From contig NC_090598.1 of assembly GCF_000497125.1 (NCBI RefSeq), forward strand, positions 372,001-436,000: 64,000 nucleotides of DNA, given 5' to 3'. The position numbers and the translations under genes were made by a program. This document shows, piece after piece, positions 54,424 to 64,000 of this stretch (positions within the stretch are counted from its first letter, which is position 1; each line of letters starts with the position of its first letter). The notes beneath the pieces were generated by a model. That model did not search any database and had not been told where the DNA came from. It was given only the letters and a program-made list of their open reading frames with translations. Source of the DNA: Spironucleus salmonicida (Eukaryota).

Positions 54424-57400
54424 TCAAAACCAATACATCCAACCCTTCCACATTTTCATTAGTTCATCTATATTTATAGCTTCCTTAGTTAAAATATTAA
54501 CTTACTATTCAATTGTTGTACTACCTTAGTATTTACATTGTAATTTTTATTTAACAATTTATTTAATTAGTGGATTTGGAGTTGAATCTAATACAAACTA
54601 CACAACTTCCTAGTTTTGGAATAATGCTTTATGACATGCAACGAATAGTTATTCAAACAAATTATCAGAATATAAAGAAGAGAAAATTTTAGTAAACCTA
54701 AATGGAATTATTTCTTAAACTTTTGATTTAAGACCTTAAAACCAAGCATGTTCTAAATCTATTTATAATATTTACCCATCTTATAGAACACAAATATTAT
54801 CTAAATGTCTATCACCAATTCCAAAGTAACAAGTTATTAATGAGGATAATACATATGATATTAAGAAATTATTTTATAATGCATAAGGTCTAATATTAGA
54901 TTATATCTAGAAATATTCAGATAAATATGAATATGATAGTTTATCTTAGAAATCCAATAGTTCTTTTTTGTTAAATTAAGATATTTTCGTAAAGTTTGGA
55001 TCTTCAAGATTTAGTTTTTTCAGCTCTAGACTAAGATATAATGAATTAGTTAGAATTTAATAAATAGAAGTGAATTCTACAAATTACATTATGCCAACAT
55101 AGATATTACTATTTTAGTATTTATACCTTTATTATAACAATTTTAGTACTTCACTATTCATTAATCTGCATAAAGGAATACAATTTATGTAGTTTATTCT
55201 TGTATTTGCAAATATTCCTTGTGAGATTAATAATTACTAGTTAAGGTAAATAAATAAGTCCTATAATTTAAGTTCTTCGATAAAATTTTCTCTAGAAAAT
55301 TTTATTACTTTTTTACATTTGGTATCATCACTAAATACTAAATCAAATGGAATCACAATATTTATTGAATCTTTACACTTATATTTAAAAATAGATAAAA
55401 TTTTCTAATTTGTTAGCGGATAGAATACGTTTTCAACAGTAGATAATATATTTTCAGGTAGTTGAATTATCGTAATTAAAAATTTATTTATTTACTAATC
55501 AATAGATACATTTTAATATTAGATTTTATCTTACAATATTGCATAATTGAAAACATTTTTACTAAATATTTTTACCAATTTTTATACTCTTGAATTAGAT
55601 TTTAGTATTGGATTAAATTTTATCAATTCTATAATTTCAATAAAACCTATACTTATTGTTGACATTAATTATTGATATTCATTTATTAATAATGCATCCA
55701 AGATTTCATAGTTTAGTTCATCTAATAAAATAAGCTTTAAAATTAATTTAATAATTAAGCAGATTTTTAATTATATAATTTCAGTTATATGAGTATTGAT
55801 TACTTATAGTAAAAATTAATGTATTTATTCAATAATTTAAAGTACTTTTATACTGTTCTAATTTTTAAGCTATTCTTATCTATGTAAAAAATATGTTCCA
55901 ATTTTTATATCTTATATTTCAGTCTATAGTTAGTCTTTAAAATCATTATACTGTAATAATATAGTGTAATAAGTATTTATATTTAGTTATATCTCATCCA
56001 ATTAACGCACCAGTTATTAAATTTGATCTTCTTATAACATAATGGTGCATAATGGCTCAATAACGAAATACGGTTACATTAGCATAAAATTATTAATATT
56101 ATATCCGCTAATACTTCTTCCTTATCGTATTTGTGATGCTAAAAATAATGATACTTTTAATTAAAATGTATTCACCCTTCTTAATTTATTATAAAATAAA
56201 TCTGAATCTTTTAAATTAAACATAAAATCATCAAAAAAATTTGAACTTATATTATTATCATAATTGTAATGGTTATTTCGCCATAATATTGCACTATAAT
56301 TTTGCTCTTATAAACCAAGTATTTATAATTTTTGATATAGTTTTTAATTTTATAGATAAAAATTTTCAAATTTTATGGAAGCATCATAATCTCCTAAAAT
56401 TTCGGCTTTAAAAGTTATATTTAAACTAGAAAATGGTATTATATACTCCATATTATGATATATATCTTTATTATCTATAATGTGATCACAAACTTAACAT
56501 AGTAAAATGTCAATCAGCCTTTTTAAAAGAGTTGGAGATAACTAATATATATTATCATGAAATTATTAAAAATAACATATTAGTTCAAATTATTATTAAC
56601 TCTCAATAGTTTCTTATTATAACATACTAGTATAATAATTCAGTTTCTAAAATTATGTTATGCACCCATATGTTTGACATAGTTAAGAAAAATTTAGGGA
56701 ATAATGTTAAATTTCCATAATAATTTAACCTGGTAGTAACATTTATGACATTTTAAAATTCGTATAAAGTTTAGCCTTTTATATAAAATAATCAACCCCA
56801 GTTAACTATTCCATAAAACTATAATACTAAAATACTATATATTCAGACTCAAGAAATTGGTTAAGTGTATTATTATTTAAAAGACTATCTAGTAGTAATA
56901 TTAGTTTTTAACTTTGAATTTATAAATCTAATGCAATATTGCATATATAAGGTAATTGTTCATTATTGCATCGAAATTCTTGTTTAGATAATAGTGTAAT
57001 TACTATAACATCTAAAGGATACTAATCTATATCAATTATTTTAGGATTAAAATGCAAATCTAAGAGTCTTAAAATATTTAAAATTTCACTTTTTTTTGAT
57101 GCAGTTTTAAGCTATTTTTTCAGTATTTTGAATGCTTATAAAGTCAAATTATTAACAGTATCTGGTAAATACAATAGATTCGCCTACATGTCCGAAAAAA
57201 ACTAGGTTTCATCAATTTATGTTGATTTACTGTAATTAATAATAATATTTGAAAAATTTTATTCAGTAATCAGATTTTGCTGTTTTTGCTATGTTATATA
57301 ATTTATATCTGAATTAAATAATCTAAAATTTATATCAAATCCCTAAAATTATTATAGGTAAAGGATATATCGATATTAAAGCTATTACTATTTAATCTAA

Positions 57401-58647
57401 TTTATAATCTCACCATTTTAATAAACTATATCATAAATAAAAATTGACGCCAGCGTTTAATAATCATTTTACAATTGTAATTATTGATCTGATATTAAAT
57501 CAATAGGATGTGACTAAATGTAATCTTAAAAATTTTATTATTACTGGACGGTAATAGAACTTAATCCTAACAATGTTGTTGAAATCTTAAGGGTTAAATC
57601 TAACTAAATATTCTAAAACTATTAACTAAATAATTTAATAATCATATTCTAGTCTATATATCTAGACTAATAAGATAATACAGAATTACTTTGGTTTTTT
57701 ATTATTTACTTTGCTTTATTTTCATCCAAAGGTTTGTAATTAATAATAAGCTTATTTTTATGTAAGATTGTACATGAAATTACATTAGTTATAAGATATT
57801 TGTCAAATTATTATCTTGATAATAACAATTTGTATATAAAAACCGGTAATTATTCAATTTCTATATCAAAAAATACTAATATATCATTTATTGTTATTAA
57901 TTCATCCTTTTATTTAGTAACAAATTAGCAAAATAAGTTTTAGGTTTCAGTAATTCCAGTTTCATAAATACTAGGGGTTTTAAAAAGTGGAACTTATAGC
58001 GAGTAATCAAAATTTAAGTTAATAAATTATATTAAAGGATTCACGAAAAATAAAGTTTTATAGTCTTTTATTTTAAATAAATATTGTAGTAATTAATTAG
58101 CTTAAGTTTAAGATTATTCAATTAATTAACTAAGTAGTATAAAAAATAATTTCCATCTTCTTATTCCTAAAATTCTACATTTCTCGTAGTCAAAATCCAA
58201 AGGAGAATAATAAGCAATCTCCTCAAGCAAATCAAATTATTAGGCAAATGTCATTATTTATTTCTACTTCAAAGTTAGGAATATATTCAAATTTTATAAT
58301 GCTATTTATGTCTAGTATTTTGAAATAATCTCCAAATTTTAAAATTCTTGATTAAATAATTAGTCCTATTATAATAAGTGATCTAAAATAATATCTTAAT
58401 CATAATCTTTTTCTCCTTTTAATAATTTAATAATTTAATAATTTGTTAATATTTATTTTAATTCACATTGGATAACATATTAAGAAGACTAATAATGCAT
58501 TTTCAATTACTGATACTGTTCTTATGTATTTGGATTTATAAATTAAAAGAGTTACCCTAGATTACTATTACTGATCAATTGCTAACTCCCATTTAGTATG
58601 TCAATATATTATAAAATAATAGGAAATATATCTTTCTATCTGAACAT
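54424..58647 (-). CDS. PIKK family kinase with FATC domain (ATR/ATM/TOR superfamily), divergent (1407 aa)
   Basis: YFGIGDRHLDNI, EIIPFRFT, C-terminal LMKMWKGWMYWF*; start inferred from frame. Confidence 0.82.
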
Positions 58648-58818
58648 AAATGGCTAATAAGATAATAATTAAGCATTATACTTTTATAATTAAATTATAT
58701 TAGTGTCATCAACTTATTTTTTAAAGTTTCTTAAAAAAAATTCATATACCTTAGTATTTTAAAGGAACTACATTATAAATAATACTAATTATATATGTAT
58801 ATAAATTTATATATTAAA

Positions 58819-60243
58819 ATGTACAAAACTACTTAGTAAAGACATTAAATCTAGTAAAAAACTAGGAAAACAAAGGCTCTTAAAAGAGAGAAATAAATAT
58901 CATTATGGGAATAGCCCATTTCATATCCACCTTCATAAGTTTACTTTAAAAAAGTTGAAACCTTGCAGCTTGACAAAATACCCGGTGCTACCTTCAAACA
59001 AAGCACTTTTAAAGAGGATATCATTAGAAAGATTACTTAAAATACGGATTTAATCTAGCAATGCTTAGAGTTTATAGAAAGTTCGACCTATTATGTAGTA
59101 TAAATTGATGATTTTACAGATTTTTTAGTACTACTTAAAGCAGTAACACTTTTTAAAGGTGGAAAAATCGCATATGTGGGGGATTTATAAAAATCAATAT
59201 TCAGACAAGAGATTGATTGCTTTACAGAACTTGAATATAATACATTTGGGGTAAATTCTTAGTATAGTGCTTCATTTGCCATAAATTTATTTGTTAAACC
59301 AAAATCAAAATATTTTTATAATTCCATATCCACTTTTTCAACAACAGAAAAGTTTAAATAAATATTTAATTATGTTTTAAGTTATCATTCTAAAATATTA
59401 TTTATTCATACGAATGATTAAGATACATTGATGAATAGATTGCTTTCATATGGCACAACATCTCGACAAATTTCAAATATAGAATTTTTTGATAGACCAT
59501 ATAATAATAAATTTGATTAAGTATTAATTATTTCTGACTTTTTCTTCTAACATATACTACAAAGACCTTATTTAACTAAAGTTCATTTCTGTCTTTAACC
59601 ATAAGACTTTCTGAATGCAGTTAACTTAATTTATTCAATGATAATAAATGTGGATAATATATAAAAATCTTTCAATCATTAACTATAGAATTATCCTAAA
59701 ACACGTATTTAAATGCTTTAATTTATAGCAGATTTCAACAATCAAAATTCAAAATTGATATTTAGCACTTTTAAAGCTTTTCCTACAAACGATTAAATTA
59801 ATTAAAATAAAGACCTTTTATAGCTGAGAGGGACTAATTTTTCTTATGAGGATTTTAATGTTATGGATCTCATAAAACAAGGTGTTATATTAAACTCTGA
59901 TGGAAAAAAATTTCAGGATAATATAAAAATGTCAAAGGAAAAATTAAAAGATGGTCAAAAAGCATTTCTATTATAGTAAATTAATGCCCTAAAACAGGAA
60001 TTTTATTATGTTTTTGGAGACCAACGTTACCCTAAATTTCCTAGTTAAATAAGTGAATAATTCAAATAGGACTTGATAGAGACCCTTAGCAATTCAAATA
60101 TATAAGGGGAATTTATGAGCTAGCTTGTGTTGTTAAACAAAACTATCATGGATGATTTAGGATTTATGATTTAAACTGTATGTGATGATCAAGATATAAT
60201 TTAATTAGTTGACTTTATCCGGGAAAACATTTATTTGTAGTGA
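58819..60243 (+). CDS. Hypothetical protein (474 aa)
   Basis: MYKTTQQRHQ...; in-frame span ending TAGTGA. Confidence 0.6.
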
Positions 60244-60391
60244 AATATGGTTTATGAGTTATATTATTAATTTATATAAACCCATTATTGTTAGATCCTA
60301 TTGTATTTAATATATTTTTGTGTATAATTAACAAATAAAAATATATTAACAAGTTATATAATTTATATTTGTAATTGACAAGAATTTTAAA

Positions 60392-61027
60392 ATGATGAAA
60401 AAAATATAGGAGGCCGAAGCTATTATATTTGATTTTGATGGAACTTTAGCTCTCACTCATAAAGTCTGGTAAATGACTGAAGATTAGCTGTACAAAGAGT
60501 ATGATGTAAAGTTAGATATGGATCATTATCTGCCATTAATTCAAGGTAATACTCTCATGGATATATGTAAAGAAATTGTAACATATTATAAGCCTAGTGT
60601 TTCAGCATAATAACTTTTTGATAGAAAATGTGATATTTATAGTAAGAATGTTAAGCATTCTACATTTGTTCCAGGAGCAAAAGAATTTTTACAAAAGTTA
60701 TATGCTTAAAATGCTAAAATTGCAATAGCTAGTGCCAATCCTACTAAAATTAATAGATAATTTTTCGAACACCATAAAGCAACTGATGTTGTTCCAAATG
60801 TTTTTGTTTCATGTGATGATGTTGGCATAGGTAAACCTAATCCTGCGGTATTTTTGGAGGCTGCAAAATAGCTTAACGTCAATATTTAAAATTGTGTAAT
60901 ATTTGAAGATTCACCTATTGGTATTTAGGCGGCAAAAGCTGCAGGGGCGATGGTTGTTTGCATTGGTGATAGGGGCAAAGATATTGCAGATTTTTCAATC
61001 AAAGATTTTACTGAGTTAGTTCAGTGA
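60392..61027 (+). CDS. HAD-superfamily hydrolase (beta-PGM/CbbY-like, 211 aa)
   Basis: IIFDFDGTL, VPGA, IASA, GKPNPAVF, FEDSPIGIQAAKAAG. Confidence 0.93.
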
Positions 61028-61168
61028 TTATCTTGTTTTATTTAATAGTTTAATTTAACAAAGTATACTATTAATTGGTCAATATTTGCATTACAAGTGA
61101 CATCAATCGTAATTTGATTCTATCGAATAATAATTATAATCTTATGTAAATTAATAAGAAACTAAAAC

Positions 61169-61564
61169 TCACTTATATGATATAATCATACCATTAGGCA
61201 TCTTTTAATTTTAATATTTTATTGTTTAACTAGTCCTTAGCCCTGCACTTTAAAGTTTACCACTGGTTGGTCTTTTTCTAAAAATTCCAGTTTTAGGTAA
61301 TAACTCATATATTAGTTGGTTAGATTCAACAGATGTATTTTATGCTTATTTGATAGGATTTTCTGGTATATTTTAGGTTTGTTTGAGATTTTACTATATC
61401 AATTTTAAATATGAAATTTAAGATTAGTCTTTAGTGGATTTTTAAGGAGGAACTACTCTTGTTTCATTCATGAACTAAACATATAATTTATCTTTTCCAT
61501 AGAGTAACTATGTTTCTAAGTAATATGGTTGCTATTCATATGGTGATTAAAATATTTTTCTCAT
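61169..61564 (-). CDS. Hypothetical protein (131 aa)
   Basis: MRKIFQSPYEQQPY...GMIISYK*, ends AAGTGA. Confidence 0.6.
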
Positions 61565-61609
61565 TACTAAGGATAAATATATTTTATATATAATTAGTAA
61601 AGTTTCGAA

Positions 61610-62236
61610 ATGTCATTTGTATCGATTCAGACAAATTTTGAAAGTTAAGCATCCTCATTATATCAAGATCCTAATTACCGCAAATAAATTAAATAATTAT
61701 TAAGCATCATGAATCTTGAAACAAATCATTAATTGATAAATGACAGAGCAAAGACGAATATTTTCATATTGTATCCAAAAAATAGCTCTATATTGGTTAT
61801 TCATAAGGCAAAATCTTAGAGTTATTCACGTATATTTTATTAATCGTCAAGATGTCGTTGTTTATTACATGGAATTTTAATTTCTTTGACTCATAACTTA
61901 GAAGAGTAAGTTACTTTTCAGGTTCCAGTAGAAGATATTAATTTTCTTAAAAGAGTTTTATTCTAATCTTAAGAAGACTTTCTTTTGTTAGATGATAGTT
62001 AAATGGACCTGATTGTACTTATTAGATAATGTAATAAGGTTAAAATATAAATAAGCCCACTTTAAAAAGCACATACGTATGACTCCTTAAGTTTAGTGGA
62101 TCTAAAGTATTATGATTTGGGTTTTGTATTATAAAACCACCTGCAGATGGATATATAAGTATTGGATGGAAAGCAATCTATGGAAGATTTGAAGGCGCTG
62201 ATAATAAGTAAATATCCTAATATTTAAATACAGTGA
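61610..62236 (+). CDS. Hypothetical protein (208 aa)
   Basis: MSFVSIQTNFES...KYPNIQIQ*, ends CAGTGA. Confidence 0.6.
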
Positions 62237-62244
62237 GAGAAAGA

Positions 62245-63096
62245 TCACTAACCTCCGAACATACCACCAAATGGGTTTGCACCTCCAGCGCCTCCCATAC
62301 CGCCAAACATATCACCAAGACCTGGTGCAAGCTTGGCCATAATTTTTTAGAAGTATGGAGCAAGCTCTGGATCAGAAAGTGCACTCATAGCAGCCATAGG
62401 ATTAGTTTTTACTTATTCCGCCAATTGTTAAACCTTAGGGTTCTTCATCATTTCTGCAAATTCAGGATCATTTTATATGTCACCTAACCCTGGTATTTTA
62501 TCTTTCAATTCGCCTAAATCAGGTATTTATGGGGGAGCATCCAGCTTTGTACGCTCTACACCTTATTAATAAGAAGAATTATTAGAATCTTGAGCTAGCA
62601 GCTTTTTCCATTCTTAGTTTGCCTGCTCTTTGAGATTATCCTCTTCTAAATAAGTAGCTAGGCGAACATTACCTTTAGTATAAGAAGGGTTAAGTACTAA
62701 AGCTTCTCTTAAATCTTTGACAGCATTTGAAAGGTCGCTCATATCATGTCTTGCCATAGCACGGTTCGCCAGGTATATAGAACGAGCCTCAGTTGGTTCG
62801 CCAAACCTAATAGATCTATCTATAGCCTTGGTATAGAAAATTTATGCATCTTCAAAATTTTTAGCTTTCATTGCTTCATTTCCCTTGTTTTTGAGAGATT
62901 CTGATGTCTCACCAGAGTTATTTTCTCTCTAAGAGACTATAGTAAGAAGTTCTGGAGATGATATGTTGTCTTAAACTTTAAAAGTGTCCTTCAAACACGA
63001 TATAGCTACATCCAATTAATCTATATCAGCAACAGAATTGGTAGTCTTAAGATGATTAAGATATTAAATAATCATAGTGTTTAATTCTGTCTGCAT
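62245..63096 (-). CDS. SGTA: Small glutamine-rich TPR co-chaperone SGTA/Sgt2 (283 aa)
   Basis: N-terminal dimerisation motif IIQYL...LDVAISCLKDTF, TPR (KNKGNEAMK, YLANRA, NPSYTKGNVR), STI1-like MMKNP, Gly/Met-rich tail. Confidence 0.85.
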
Positions 63097-63173
63097 TTGG
63101 TAGTGAAATGGTAATTGATTTAGAGATTATGTTATTAAACATTTATATACTTTATATTGTTAACTGAAAATTT

Positions 63174-64000
63174 ATGGAATATATTTTATAATAAGCAGGA
63201 TATGATACCGAAAGCCTAAAAGAAGCCGCAAATTATATTAATGATAACAACTTAACTTAGTTATATTAAGATATTATAGATAAAACTTAAATACTTACAA
63301 AATAAGAATAAGATATGTTATAATTATTACCTAACGATATTTATCAACTTTCAGAAAGTTAGTTAGATGCTAAAAATATTTAATTAAACGAAGCTTTATC
63401 CCAGCATGCTCATTCAGACCAACTTTTAAGCCAACTTAAAACATTGTAAAATTTATCAACAGAAATCCAAATTTAAGTCCCTCTTCTTAAAGAAATTGAT
63501 ACATTAAATAGTTAGAGATACTATTAGTAATAATATGATAAATTAGATGTCAATATTAACAATATAAGTTAGATAACAACAGATATATTACAAAATTTAT
63601 CATCTTCTTAAAACTTCACTGCTTTGTAGCCCAATCTTATAAACTCAATTAAACTTTAGACTGACATAGCAGAAAATGTTATAAAATCATCAGAAAATGT
63701 TGATAACTTAAAAACTGTTTAAAAACAATAATAGTCAATTGAGGATGAGGTTCAACGTATTATTGATAGAATATCTGCTCAAAACTTAAAACGAGTAGAA
63801 AATAATGTTTAAATATAAGTATATAGTGCTATCTCATAATAAGTATAAAGCAAATTTAAGACAGAGTCTGATTTAGAGGCTTTAATATGTGAAAATTAAG
63901 AGCTTTATGGTAAATTTTGTTATAATATGGAATCATTTAAGAAGTTAAACACAACTGTAACAGAAAGTATATTACTTAAAGTTAAATGCGAGGTCACATC
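63174..64000 (+). CDS. Coiled-coil hypothetical protein; runs off the window edge
   Basis: MEYILQQAGYDTESLKEAA...; Gln/Leu-rich, no stop seen before the end of the window. Confidence 0.6.

Overview
Gene-dense, AT-rich eukaryotic DNA with no introns detected. It is almost certainly from a hexamitid diplomonad (Spironucleus/Hexamita-like). TAA and TAG encode Gln and only TGA is a stop (translation table 6), so the supplied standard-code ORF track fragments nearly every gene. I re-read the window by hand in table 6 and found about 45 CDS; for the longest ones I checked the ends, the length and sample stretches rather than every codon. Recognisable products are PFOR, a SprT/Spartan-like protease, prenyltransferase beta and alpha subunits (adjacent), a Ser/Thr kinase, an SDR, a cluster of PG-repeat (SHIPPO-like) proteins, an LRR protein, eIF2-gamma, Hsp70, Rei1, an IU-nucleoside hydrolase, a Moco-sulfurase-like PLP enzyme, a macrodomain protein, a Cse1-like exportin, epsilon-tubulin, three annexins, Mrd1/RBM19, a PIKK, a HAD hydrolase and SGTA. 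Many stop codons sit inside the AGTGA poly(A) motif. The most unusual element is an 839-bp inverted duplication (31007-31845 and 32643-33481) with no differences seen. Each arm holds an orphan 125-aa ORF starting at the inner repeat edge and, on the opposite strand, an unassigned ~375-nt multi-hairpin region whose G-U pairs favour one strand, making it a candidate ncRNA.
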